From the IMG/VR virus record IMGVR_UViG_3300003937_000295, positions 1 to 56,040 of that record: 56,040 nt of DNA, one strand, 5' to 3'. Origin of the DNA: a virus (lineage: Duplodnaviria > Caudoviricetes). The notes under the pieces were generated by a model, which did no database searches, had not been told where the DNA came from, and was given only the letters and a program-made list of their open reading frames with translations. Below are positions 45,931 to 54,707 of the stretch, piece by piece. Position 1 is the first letter of the stretch. Each line of letters opens with the position of its first letter. The position numbers and the translations under genes were made by a program.

Positions 45931-46205
45931 TATTCAATACCTTTAGGAAAGTCTTCAATCTCAGTCAATTCATAGTCCCAGTCTTCCATGACTGTGTTGG
46001 CAAGAAATCTATCAGATAGCATTTCAAGTTCCTTCTCAGCATACTCTCTGGTCTCTGCTTCTAACCAAACATCAATCACCTTACCAAGTCTAAGTTTTTT
46101 GATGTCTAATTCAGACAATCTCTTGCAGGCGTCTCTCACAGCATTGCCAGGAGAGTCATCCACCTGTGATCTCAGTCGGACAAATACTAGTGCTTTAAAT
46201 TTCAT
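45930..46205 (-). CDS. purS: FGAM synthase subunit PurS
   Basis: V.DSPGNAV, RLGK.I, LAN.VMED. Confidence 0.88.
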   Translation of the reverse strand: MKFKALVFVRLRSQVDDSPGNAVRDACKRLSELDIKKLRLGKVIDVWLEAETREYAEKELEMLSDRFLANTVMEDWDYELTEIEDFPKGIE

Positions 46206-46438
46206 TATTATAATATGCGATAGTTGCATGGAACTTATCTATGGGATCAACAGTCTCCCCCAATGCACTTCTTATTCTTACTTTCACTTCTTCATTACTA
46301 ATCTCTTTCAAGATCTGTCGCAGTTCATCATCATCAAACTTGACATAATAGGATTTTTACTGGCATCGGTTCATAACTACTTGGTTTCTTTGATTTACCA
46401 GGAAGACTCATACCCTGTGTGTCAATTTTGTCTTTCAT
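46195..46438 (-). pseudogene. Two fused gene fragments (apparent deletion junction near 46353)
   Basis: MKDKIDTQGM..PVKI stops at 46334; 52-codon SYYVKFDDDE.. frame has no start codon (TAA just upstream). Confidence 0.55.
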
Positions 46439-47231
46439 TTTACTTCTCCAATAACCCAAGATCTCATACCAAAAGGAGTATCAGCGATCAAAGTTTGAGT
46501 ATGTTCTACTACCTCTTGTGGGACAACTAAACAGAATCCAATACCAAGATTGAATACATTTCTCATTTCTTCCTCTGCAATGTCTCCCGCTTCCTGGATC
46601 TTGTTAAAGAGTTCTGGTCGTTCCCAAGCATCATAATCAACATCAACTGTAAGACCCATTGGAAGGCATCGTGGAAGGTTTTCGGGCAGTCCCCCTCCCG
46701 TAATATGTGCCATACCTAGGATAGGAACTTCATCCAATAGGTGCTGAATGAGACGAGCATAGATGGTAGTAGGTCTCAGCAACTCAGGCATATCCTTGTA
46801 GAAAATCTTATGTCTCCACAACATATCATTGATGAGTGTGTATCCATTACTGTGAAGACCACTACTCTCAATACCAATGACTACATCACCTGCTCGGATG
46901 TTACTACCATTAATAACATCATTCTTCTCTACAATACCAGTACAGAAACCAGCAACATCATAATCATTTTGTCTGTAATGCCAGAACATATAACGTCATT
47001 GACGCACATAGCAACGAGATCTTGACCAATAGTGTTGTAATCATCAGCAATCCCACAGATATTCATTTTAGTTCCGACACCATCAGCACCAGATACTAGT
47101 ACTGGATTTTCATATCCTGATGGGACTTCCATCATTCCACTGAACCCACCAATCTTAGGTGCCAATACCTTTAGATACTCCACGAAAGATCGACCTTTAA
47201 TAATGTCAACACCAGAAGTTTTATAGTCCAT
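46435..47231 (-). pseudogene. purM: AIR synthase with internal deletion and frameshift
   Basis: [23 protein letters not shown] then jumps frame to [30 protein letters not shown]; conserved GAxPLxFLDY..GGETAE block absent. Confidence 0.85.
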
Positions 47232-47500
47232 TAATGAATTTCTCCTTTCGCAATTTGTTCACGACGTTTTAGTTTCCATACTATGTAATCCATCGTGGGG
47301 ATACACATTGGATTCCAACCAACAAAGGTTGATGATTCCTTACTTGGAATCCTCCAGCAGGGAGCATCATCATTCTCAAGATCTAATGACTTACGATACT
47401 CATCCTCACCATACATAACAACTGCTCTCTCAGCAGCATTCAAACTCTTGAAACAATCAAAGCAGTTCTTTCTAATCTCATCAGGGATTTTGTGTTTCAT
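47231..47500 (-). CDS. Hypothetical protein
   Basis: Coupled ORF in pur cluster. Confidence 0.6.
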   Translation of the reverse strand: MKHKIPDEIRKNCFDCFKSLNAAERAVVMYGEDEYRKSLDLENDDAPCWRIPSKESSTFVGWNPMCIPTMDYIVWKLKRREQIAKGEIH

Positions 47501-47679
47501 TTTGTCAATTCTCCAAATCTATCGCATTTTGGACAGTATTTGCCATAACTTGGGTTAGGTGTATTAGTGTGAGGATAAAACTCATCAGCATACCTATTAC
47601 ACTCCCAACCATTATGACACTTATCACATACTTTACCACCACACCAGGGGCAAATTACATGAACTTCAAGAGGTTTCAT
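47497..47679 (-). CDS. Small CxxC zinc-finger-like protein
   Basis: CPWC, CDKC, CPKC. Confidence 0.55.
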   Translation of the reverse strand: MKPLEVHVICPWCGGKVCDKCHNGWECNRYADEFYPHTNTPNPSYGKYCPKCDRFGELTK

Positions 47680-48380
47680 TGGATTGCAAGTGGTTGCAGT
47701 CGGTCAAGGATCTCACGATAGGCAGGAACAATATCACCTTCATCTTTTCGGAATAGGTCTTTATCAAATCTTTCATCACTACCGATCTTCCATAGTCTCA
47801 TACTATCAGGACTGATTTCATCTGCAAGTAACAACTCTCCATGAGCAGTGTATCCATACTCAACTTTAAAATCTACAAGATCAATACCCATGATGTAGAA
47901 CATTTGACGAAGGAAATCATTGATACGGAGTGTCATCTCAATGAAAGGTAAAGGTTCTGGATCATATCCCATCAGACGCACACGGTCTGGTGTCAGTAGA
48001 GGGTCATGCTTACTATCATCCTTCAAAAAGAACTCAACAATCGGTTGTGGTAGTGGAGCACCCTCTACTAAAGTTGTTTCACGAACAATAGATCCAGCAG
48101 CACGATTCCTACAGATAACTTCTAGTGGAACAATATTAACCTTCTTACAAATCATTTTATTAGCACCAACCATATTGATATAATGAGTTGGGATATTTTC
48201 TTTAGAAAGTTTCTCAAAAATTATAGATGAGATACTGCAACAGAGAGATCCTTTTCCTAAAGGATGATCTTCCTTCTCTCCGTTCCCTGCAGTCACTTTA
48301 TCATGATATTCAATGATGACTTGCTGTGCATCGTCACCCTGATATACCGTTTTTACTTTTCCTAATGTAATTACTTCCAT
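47676..48380 (-). CDS. purC: SAICAR synthase
   Basis: GKVK.VY, PLEVICRN.AAGS, LVDFKVEYG, LADEISPDSMRLW, DKD.FR. Confidence 0.93.
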   Translation of the reverse strand: MEVITLGKVKTVYQGDDAQQVIIEYHDKVTAGNGEKEDHPLGKGSLCCSISSIIFEKLSKENIPTHYINMVGANKMICKKVNIVPLEVICRNRAAGSIVRETTLVEGAPLPQPIVEFFLKDDSKHDPLLTPDRVRLMGYDPEPLPFIEMTLRINDFLRQMFYIMGIDLVDFKVEYGYTAHGELLLADEISPDSMRLWKIGSDERFDKDLFRKDEGDIVPAYREILDRLQPLAIQ

Positions 48381-48399
48381 AATTTTTTTGCTGTAATAG

Positions 48400-48594
48400 T
48401 CATTCCAAAGGACGAACAAATTCATTAGACACAATATCAGTTGCCTTCAATTGTTCTTTCATATATTCTACACCATTTTCAGGCATAGCACTATCTCCAC
48501 AAGTAAAGACATCACAAACTGCCATACCATTCTCTGGCCAAGTATGAATACTAAGATGACTCTCAGCAAGCATAGCAATTCCAGTCACACCTTG
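48400..48594 (-). pseudogene. speD: S-adenosylmethionine decarboxylase, N-terminally truncated
   Basis: QGVT...LAESHLSIHTWPE...DVFTCG present; upstream beta-chain region replaced by denV sequence. Confidence 0.8.
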
Positions 48595-49035
48595 ATTTCA
48601 CCCATGGTTTAGATGAAATATACATCTTGTAAGCAGTAAAGATATCAATGCTTGTATCATACTTGAACTCATCAGGTCCTGCAAATACAAAAGGAGTTGT
48701 GTCCGTTCCACTACGACCTTGTGGATCTGCAGTAGGAAGTATCTCTTTTGCTGCTAGAAGGGTCTTCTGGCAGGTGTGGACCTTACCGTAGCGAGCAGTG
48801 TACTCGTCACACATAGCAAGTCCATGAGCGAGTAACCACTGCCAGTTAGTCACAAACTCATTTGCCCATTTAGTGCAGGGATGATTACGAAATGCACCCT
48901 TGTCAGTAGCATAGGGAGTACCATCTGCTCTGGGAAGAGTGCCGAAGTTATGACCCCATTTGTCAGAGCATACAATAGCAAGCATCTGACAGGTCTCTAG
49001 GGGCATCTTGACGATGTGCTTGTCAGGGAGAGTTT
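48563..49035 (-). pseudogene. Pyrimidine-dimer glycosylase/DenV-like gene truncated at both ends
   Basis: LPDKHIVKMPLETCQML, NHPCT.W, EY..RYGKVH; no MNIF start; C-terminus runs into speD. Confidence 0.65.
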
Positions 49036-49149
49036 GCAGAGCGAATTCTTATATCTGTTTTCAGATGGGACATAGCATCCGATCTGAGGGCATTTATTCG
49101 CTGGTATCATTCTACCACACCCGGAGCATTTTGTCTCCCACATCTTCAT
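48997..49149 (-). pseudogene. Small Cys-rich ORF fused out of frame to denV-like gene
   Basis: MKMWETKCSGCG..NSLCK|LSLTSTSSRCP. Confidence 0.45.
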
Positions 49150-49445
49150 AATGTTCTTTCTAATCTTTTAGTTGCTTGGTCTGGGAAGTCTCTTGGTCTA
49201 CTATCAGTAGCATTATCAGTTTTAGGAGAACCTTCGTTTGCCTTCATTGTATGCTGATAATTTGGTCTTGGGTATCTGATACTAAATGGATCAGGCAACC
49301 AATATGTTACCTGCCATTCTTGATCAGGACATAACTCAAGATGCTTCTCTACACTATGATCGAAACTTCCAAGTTGAATGTAACCATCGTGACTGATACA
49401 TCTATCATCACCATTAGCAACCAAGAACATCATCTTACTACTCAT
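49146..49445 (-). CDS. Hypothetical protein
   Basis: Coupled ORF. Confidence 0.6.
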   Translation of the reverse strand: MSSKMMFLVANGDDRCISHDGYIQLGSFDHSVEKHLELCPDQEWQVTYWLPDPFSIRYPRPNYQHTMKANEGSPKTDNATDSRPRDFPDQATKRLERTL

Positions 49446-49611
49446 AATCTTTAATCAATCGTTCCACTTGTTTCTTATCACTACCGCAAGGAGCATTTCT
49501 TAAACAAATAAGAATTAATTCATTATCACTGATAGAAGGTTTGAGTGTAAACCCCCACCTATCAACTTCACCATCAGTAGGTGCTTCGACGTAATCAAAT
49601 TCACTCGGCAT
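49438..49611 (-). CDS. Hypothetical protein, 57 aa
   Basis: Hand translation MPSEFDYVEAP..CLRNAPCGSDKKQV; overlaps both neighbours. Confidence 0.6.
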   Translation of the reverse strand: MPSEFDYVEAPTDGEVDRWGFTLKPSISDNELILICLRNAPCGSDKKQVERLIKDYE

Positions 49612-49925
49612 TAGTCGCGTTGCCTCCAGTCATCAGGTTTATCCCTACCAAACCATTCTTTAATGTCGTCAGCACTATCAAATCCCCTTTTGTGATTGGA
49701 TGGGTCGGGATCGCCTAATCCCATCCTATTCAGAAAATCGTCAGTACTACCTTCCTCAATATCTTGAGCAGCTTGTCGCCGTGCCTTTTGCAACCAATCC
49801 CTAGCAAGGGTATGAGACTTTGCTAGTTTTTCTGCCCAGATCATATCATCTAATTGGACTTCCTCCTTGTGTGCAATCTTCTTACAGATAAATTCTAGTC
49901 TTAGTCTGTATTGAGTAGATAACAT
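49611..49925 (-). CDS. Conserved cyanophage/cyanobacterial hypothetical protein
   Basis: MLSTQYRLRLE.IC..DDMIWAEKL..DDW.QRD. Confidence 0.75.
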   Translation of the reverse strand: MLSTQYRLRLEFICKKIAHKEEVQLDDMIWAEKLAKSHTLARDWLQKARRQAAQDIEEGSTDDFLNRMGLGDPDPSNHKRGFDSADDIKEWFGRDKPDDWRQRD

Positions 49926-49926
49926 T

Positions 49927-50118
49927 TTAGTCTCTTAATTTTGCTACTAGTTCAGTGATTTTTGTGAAATCGCCAAATGCCGTTTCGGAACGAGATTCTA
50001 GAACATTAAAAATGTCATTCATGATTAAGTCATTATCAACATAATCATCAAGATACTTATCAATTGCTTCTTTTAAGTATCTGTATCTGTGCCATTCTGG
50101 TGAGTATGGTTTATACAT
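49927..50118 (-). CDS. Hypothetical protein
   Basis: YKPYSPEWHR.RYLKEA. Confidence 0.65.
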   Translation of the reverse strand: MYKPYSPEWHRYRYLKEAIDKYLDDYVDNDLIMNDIFNVLESRSETAFGDFTKITELVAKLRD

Positions 50119-50120
50119 GG

Positions 50121-50384
50121 TTAAGCATCAAGTTTTTTAATTCGATTTAAATTAGATCTCTCACTTTTTTTTATCTTCTTATACTTTTTAATCAGGTAAT
50201 CTACTTCTTCATTTGAAATATTCACTTTCAATTCTTTGTCATCTTCCGATTCTACAAATCCTAGACCAGATTGTTCCATACGGAATACTTGGTTTTCAGT
50301 TTCATCAACATAATCGTTGATAACATCTTGAATTTCAGTGCGAATAAGAGCATTAATTTGCTCCCTCAATTCATCCTCTTTCAT
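50121..50384 (-). CDS. Hypothetical protein
   Basis: Coupled ORF. Confidence 0.6.
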   Translation of the reverse strand: MKEDELREQINALIRTEIQDVINDYVDETENQVFRMEQSGLGFVESEDDKELKVNISNEEVDYLIKKYKKIKKSERSNLNRIKKLDA

Positions 50385-50647
50385 TTCTTTTTCTTCTTAT
50401 CGGGACTAGTATAACCCCAAAGTTTTGGGTTGATTCTACCTTCTGTTTGAGTAATATTGATGAAATCTTTTTTATACTTATCGTAGTATTCGTCAAAAAT
50501 TTCTACTTGTTTTCCACAGGTTACAATATCAAAATGAGTGACCCCATCCTGAAGATATTCAACAAGATATGCATTACTTGGTAAAGATTTATCTTCAGAT
50601 AGGGTAGGATCACAATCAGCGTTGATTACCTTTATACCTTTTACCAT
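50381..50647 (-). CDS. Conserved cyanophage hypothetical protein
   Basis: CDP..DKSLP..YLVEY..FD.YYD..GRINPKLW. Confidence 0.65.
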   Translation of the reverse strand: MVKGIKVINADCDPTLSEDKSLPSNAYLVEYLQDGVTHFDIVTCGKQVEIFDEYYDKYKKDFINITQTEGRINPKLWGYTSPDKKKKK

Positions 50648-51153
50648 CAAGAACGATCTCCCCACAGAATATCAGAATATGCTTCTTTCACATCATTCGC
50701 ACTAATATTATATTTGGTTTGAAGTTGCTTATCTTTTACCAAGCAAATAATTTCTGCTTCTTTGGGATGAAGACCTTCAAGAAGTTGAATGAACATAGTC
50801 TCTCTACGTAGAGAAGAAAGTCCATCGTTACCACCTTTAATAAAGTGATACAGATTCTTATACTCCCTACGTAGAGAAGTGTGATCAGTTCCAACAGGAA
50901 CTTCATTCTCTTTGTAAGGAACTTCGCCCTCAGGTATTGCAGAAATCACAGAAGGATCAAAGTTCCAAATAAAAATCGCTTTGATAGAAGAATCTTCATA
51001 CTCTTTCAGGATTTCAACCTTCTTTGCCTTTGAGCGTTGCTTTGATACAAGATCAAGAACTTCATGGACAAAAGGATTGGCAGGAAGTTGAACTTTCTTT
51101 CTAGGTGCTGCTTTTTTTCTAGTTGTTGTCGTTGTCGTTGTCGTCTTCGTCAT
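50647..51153 (-). CDS. Conserved T4-like hypothetical protein (DUF6433-like)
   Basis: LP.NPF..WNFD..P.GEVPY..RRE.MFIQLLEGLHP.EA. Confidence 0.75.
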   Translation of the reverse strand: MTKTTTTTTTTRKKAAPRKKVQLPANPFVHEVLDLVSKQRSKAKKVEILKEYEDSSIKAIFIWNFDPSVISAIPEGEVPYKENEVPVGTDHTSLRREYKNLYHFIKGGNDGLSSLRRETMFIQLLEGLHPKEAEIICLVKDKQLQTKYNISANDVKEAYSDILWGDRS

Positions 51154-51343
51154 AATCGTTTTCAAATCTCACTGCTAAAATTTCATCTGGAAGAACATTT
51201 CCATTTTCATCAAACATCTCTGGATGTGTATACACAATATTTGTGCTGTAGAAATGTTCCTTTGCTAACCATCCTACCACACCTCCAACAAAAAAGAACA
51301 TTATTGAAACAAGTGTGCCGATAGTAAGTGCTACTGCTAACAT
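51119..51343 (-). CDS. Small membrane protein
   Basis: N-terminal TM helix; HPEMFDENGN; GGGGGAG SD. Confidence 0.7.
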   Translation of the reverse strand: MLAVALTIGTLVSIMFFFVGGVVGWLAKEHFYSTNIVYTHPEMFDENGNVLPDEILAVRFENDYDEDDNDNDNN

Positions 51344-51362
51344 CTTTCTTCTCCCCCAGAGA

Positions 51363-51569
51363 TTATTTCTTTCTGATATCTAGATAGAAGTTCAAGTGTA
51401 AAATAATCTCTCTGCGGAAAAAGGAGACCATTTTACCAAACTTTATCTGAAAGGTTTTTGGTGATTCTGGTTTCGTCCTCCTCTTACGAAGTAGTAATTC
51501 AACGCCCCGATTTATCTCGGTTCTTGATTTATTTAGTTTGCTTTCTTCTTCTTCCTGGTCGTTTATCAT
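51363..51569 (-). CDS. Hypothetical basic protein
   Basis: NRGVELLLR..FGK..RRE; start uncertain. Confidence 0.55.
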   Translation of the reverse strand: MINDQEEEESKLNKSRTEINRGVELLLRKRRTKPESPKTFQIKFGKMVSFFRREIILHLNFYLDIRKK

Positions 51570-51888
51570 TGCTATATCTCCTAGCATCTTCTAAGATACC
51601 ATTCAAATAATTTTTGATTTTTCTTGCCTGTGGTTTTGGAATATGTCCATATCCTTCACGAAGTTGTTTGTGCATTTCATCATTCCCCCCTTCAAGATAT
51701 TCTTCAAGGTCGGTTATAAGATTACTAATTTCTACGGCAGTTGAACTCTCAATGAACTGATTAATTTCATCTCTCTTTGTCTTACGAATTTTTAGATAGT
51801 CATAAAACTTGATAACAAACTTCCCCTCAAAAGCATAGTCAATTGCTTGCTCTACGTCAATATTAATTTCTAGAAAGTTGTTTTCCAT
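51529..51888 (-). CDS. Conserved cyanophage hypothetical protein
   Basis: DVE.AIDYAF..QLREGYGH.PKPQARKI. Confidence 0.7.
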   Translation of the reverse strand: MENNFLEINIDVEQAIDYAFEGKFVIKFYDYLKIRKTKRDEINQFIESSTAVEISNLITDLEEYLEGGNDEMHKQLREGYGHIPKPQARKIKNYLNGILEDARRYSNDKRPGRRRKQTK

Positions 51889-52124
51889 TAGACCAGTTTT
51901 TGTTCCCTTAGATACTTAACAGTTTCGGTACATCCCCCGATAGATTTATCATCTACAAGAATTTGAGGAAAAGTGGAACCATCACCAAATTTATCATAAA
52001 ACTCAGTTCGGTCAAAGTCATCTCCAAGTTTATATACAACGTGCTCTAACTTTGCTAATTTTAATACTTGTTGAACTTTCACGCAGAAAGGACAACCATC
52101 TTTTGAATAAACTACAAATGTCAT
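51888..52124 (-). CDS. Glutaredoxin
   Basis: YSKDGCPFC, TFPQI, IGGC. Confidence 0.9.
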   Translation of the reverse strand: MTFVVYSKDGCPFCVKVQQVLKLAKLEHVVYKLGDDFDRTEFYDKFGDGSTFPQILVDDKSIGGCTETVKYLREQKLV

Positions 52125-52213
52125 AATGAAATCTTTTAAAATTTATTTAGGAGAAAGTTATTGCTTTAGATTAAGAGATGGAGCATCCACTTCTGGTTCA
52201 AGACTTCTAGACA

Positions 52214-52240
52214 CAAAAAAAGAGGGTGCTAACCCTCTTA
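52214..52240 (-). terminator. Intrinsic terminator
   Basis: AAGAGGGT-loop-ACCCTCTT plus T run. Confidence 0.8.
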
Positions 52241-52302
52241 GTATATCAGATTAAAAGCATCTCTGCAAATAGGCATATATGATACGTTTAGTTAAATAAA
52301 CA

Positions 52303-52500
52303 TCAACCAACAGGTTGATCCCTTAAAACCTCCCGACAGATACGTTTACATCTTGATTGGTCATCATCACACTCAATTAAACAATCATAATAGTCGTTAA
52401 TTACATCTGACTCTTCCATTGTTTTATCTAATGTTTTACCTAGTTTTTTAAAACTTTCTTTCCATCCCGCTAGTTGATTATAAGATATTAGATTATGCAT
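52303..52500 (-). CDS. Small protein with Cx3C-x6-Cx3C motif
   Basis: YDCLIECDDDQSRCKRICR; GGAGG SD. Confidence 0.75.
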   Translation of the reverse strand: MHNLISYNQLAGWKESFKKLGKTLDKTMEESDVINDYYDCLIECDDDQSRCKRICREVLRDQPVG

Positions 52501-52651
52501 GGAAACCTCCGCAGATAATTTATTGTGTGATAAAGATTAGAACCTTTCTCAACTCTCCAATTCTACTACTATATAGATGATTTGTGTGCAAATCAATACA
52601 ATTGAGAAACAAAAATTTATGCCTACGAGTTTATACTTAAGTTGACAACCT

Positions 52652-52819
52652 TTAGTGGCCACTGTCAAACGGTGCCCAGTGCTGCCATCCATTTTTATGA
52701 ACTAAATGCATACCAATAATAGGTACAACAATTAATGCAAGACTTAAAGTTCCAATCCCAAAAGGATTGTTGAGTGTAGCAGCTGCAAAGTGTGCTGCCT
52801 TAAGTGCTATGTTGCCCAT
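52652..52819 (-). CDS. 55-aa membrane microprotein
   Basis: Hand translation MGNIALKAAHFAAATLNNPFGIG..VPIIGMHLVHKNGWQHWAPF; GGGAG SD. Confidence 0.65.
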   Translation of the reverse strand: MGNIALKAAHFAAATLNNPFGIGTLSLALIVVPIIGMHLVHKNGWQHWAPFDSGH

Positions 52820-53027
52820 AAGTAGTCTCCCTTTTTTTCCAAAGTTCTAGAAAATAACGATCAACTTGGTACAAGTCTTTAGCAGGTGGTATTTCATTAA
52901 TATTTTCAGACCACTCTCTACAAAATGCTCTCATCTCACATACAATATTATTAGGTTTAAACATTCTACCAAATGATGACATGGCAAACGCATACCTCAT
53001 TCTAATGCGCTGTTCCATTTCCGTCAT
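52800..53027 (-). CDS. Hypothetical protein
   Basis: Start moved to MTEMEQ; MRYAFAMSSFGRMF..DLYQVDRYFL. Confidence 0.65.
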   Translation of the reverse strand: MTEMEQRIRMRYAFAMSSFGRMFKPNNIVCEMRAFCREWSENINEIPPAKDLYQVDRYFLELWKKRETTYGQHST

Positions 53028-53133
53028 ATTTGTCACTTTCATAGTAGATATTTTCACCTTTTCTGTACCCGAAATAAATGGTGGCACATAGAAAGGGTAA
53101 TGATCCGAAAAGTAAGACATGTGCTAAAGTCAC
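53002..53133 (-). CDS. ndhP: NDH-1 complex small subunit NdhP
   Basis: GTG start in GTGA overlap; MTLAHVLLFGSLPFLCATIYFGYRKGENIYYESDKYDGNGTAH: TM helix plus Y..D.Y.GNG.AH C-terminus; not in ORF track. Confidence 0.82.
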   Translation of the reverse strand: MTLAHVLLFGSLPFLCATIYFGYRKGENIYYESDKYDGNGTAH

Positions 53134-53600
53134 TTAACATTTCCTGGCGATAAGGATTGAAAAATTTTGGAACAAGCATCAACAGCATAGGGTGCTCCAT
53201 ATACTCCAGAGAAAATATATGAGATGCCCAACTTGGAGCAATACTTTTCAAGTTCCTGACACTTTGATATGTCTCTGTTGCTATGATCAATGATGATATC
53301 ACCCCCCTCAAGTAATGGTAGCAACTCATCAAGTGTGTCTTCTACTTTTTGCTCTGGGAGTGTGATCTGAAAGATGCCAGGAATTCTACCAGCACTAGTA
53401 AATTTCTTACCATCAGACTTAACTGCTTGGACAAGATACTCTAGTGAGGTTACACACCCACTAATATATCCTGCCTCATATTGTCCACAAGCACTTTCGT
53501 AGTTAGTACTACTATAACCCCAGACTTCAATTCCCTTTTCAATCATACGGCGGGACATGCCTTCACCAGTACGACCTAAGCCAATCATTCCTACTTTCAT
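53130..53600 (-). CDS. 6-phosphogluconate dehydrogenase-like, NAD(P)-binding domain only
   Basis: MKVGMIGLGR.GEGMSRRM, GDIIIDH.N; no C-terminal catalytic domain. Confidence 0.7.
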   Translation of the reverse strand: MKVGMIGLGRTGEGMSRRMIEKGIEVWGYSSTNYESACGQYEAGYISGCVTSLEYLVQAVKSDGKKFTSAGRIPGIFQITLPEQKVEDTLDELLPLLEGGDIIIDHSNRDISKCQELEKYCSKLGISYIFSGVYGAPYAVDACSKIFQSLSPGNVK

Positions 53601-54250
53601 TAATTACTCCCAACAACTGACTGCCAATCGTTCTCAAAAATTTCCATACCTTTATCTGTAAGAATGTGATCATACATTTGATCAAATACCTTCGGTGGCA
53701 TCGTACAGATGCTAGCACCATTATACCATGACCTCACAGCACGTTGAACACTACGAATTGAAGCAGAAAGAATTTGAGTTCTCACACCATGAATTCGATA
53801 CAGTTCAGAGATGGATCTTACAACCTCCAGTCCTGCGACTGATTGGTCATCTAAGCGTCCAACAAAAGGTGAGACATATGTTGCCCCTGCCTTTGCTGCT
53901 AGGACTGCCTGAGAGGCACAGAAGATAAGTGTGACATTAACCTTAATGTTCTGATCGGATAAAGATTTACAGACTGCAAGACCTTCTCTTGTACAGGGAA
54001 CCTTCACAGTGCATACGTCACCAAACTTTTCATGAAGACGTTTGCCTTCACAATACATCTCACCTTCTGTTCCCATTACTTCCATACTGATATCTTTGAC
54101 ACCAATATCTTTGATTTCTTGATATACATCTTCTGGATTTCGACCACTCTTTAAGATGAGTGAAGGATTGGTTGTGACACCATCAACTAATCCTGTCTTA
54201 AAGTATTCATTAATAATTTCTGTATCGGCAGTGTCAAGAAAAATTTTCAT
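53600..54250 (-). CDS. talC: Transaldolase (TalC type)
   Basis: MKIFLDTAD, GVTTNPSL, VKVP, NVTLIF, YVSPFVGRLDD, ASIR. Confidence 0.95.
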   Translation of the reverse strand: MKIFLDTADTEIINEYFKTGLVDGVTTNPSLILKSGRNPEDVYQEIKDIGVKDISMEVMGTEGEMYCEGKRLHEKFGDVCTVKVPCTREGLAVCKSLSDQNIKVNVTLIFCASQAVLAAKAGATYVSPFVGRLDDQSVAGLEVVRSISELYRIHGVRTQILSASIRSVQRAVRSWYNGASICTMPPKVFDQMYDHILTDKGMEIFENDWQSVVGSN

Positions 54251-54270
54251 ATAGTTGTGTGTATACTTCA

Positions 54271-54612
54271 TTATTCAACGTGGATAACTCCTGCCATTCC
54301 TGCCCCTTGATGGGGTCCACAAAAGAAATTATAGTCGCCAACATCAGCGAAAAGAATATCTTGCGACTCACCGGGAGAGAACATTAATGATTCTCTAGAA
54401 AGATCAGGACGATCCTCGACAATAATATTATGGGGAGGGAGCATATTATTCACGAAGTGAATTGTTTCTCCTGCACTGATAGTAACATCAGAAGGTTCAA
54501 AAATCAAGTTCCCATTTGAACCCATTTCAATATCTAATGCATATGCACTTTTAGGTAAAAAGATAATCAGTGCTGCAATCGTAGCAAGTATTATTACACG
54601 AATAAATTTCAT
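54271..54612 (-). CDS. petE: Plastocyanin
   Basis: Signal peptide; PPHN; CGPHQGAGM. Confidence 0.93.
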   Translation of the reverse strand: MKFIRVIILATIAALIIFLPKSAYALDIEMGSNGNLIFEPSDVTISAGETIHFVNNMLPPHNIIVEDRPDLSRESLMFSPGESQDILFADVGDYNFFCGPHQGAGMAGVIHVE

Positions 54613-54707
54613 TATTGTTTATGTAACTATTATATCTATTATTATAGCATATGGTTGAACCTCAATTTGTTTTGAGTCCATAACTTGACAATAAAAAACC
54701 ACCCCAG

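Noticed and set aside
46929-46989. Programmed frameshift or naturally split purM
   Set aside because: Essential conserved residues are physically missing, so recoding cannot restore the enzyme
53028-53120. N-terminal 31 aa of the 106-aa ORF
   Set aside because: It is the alternate frame of ndhP
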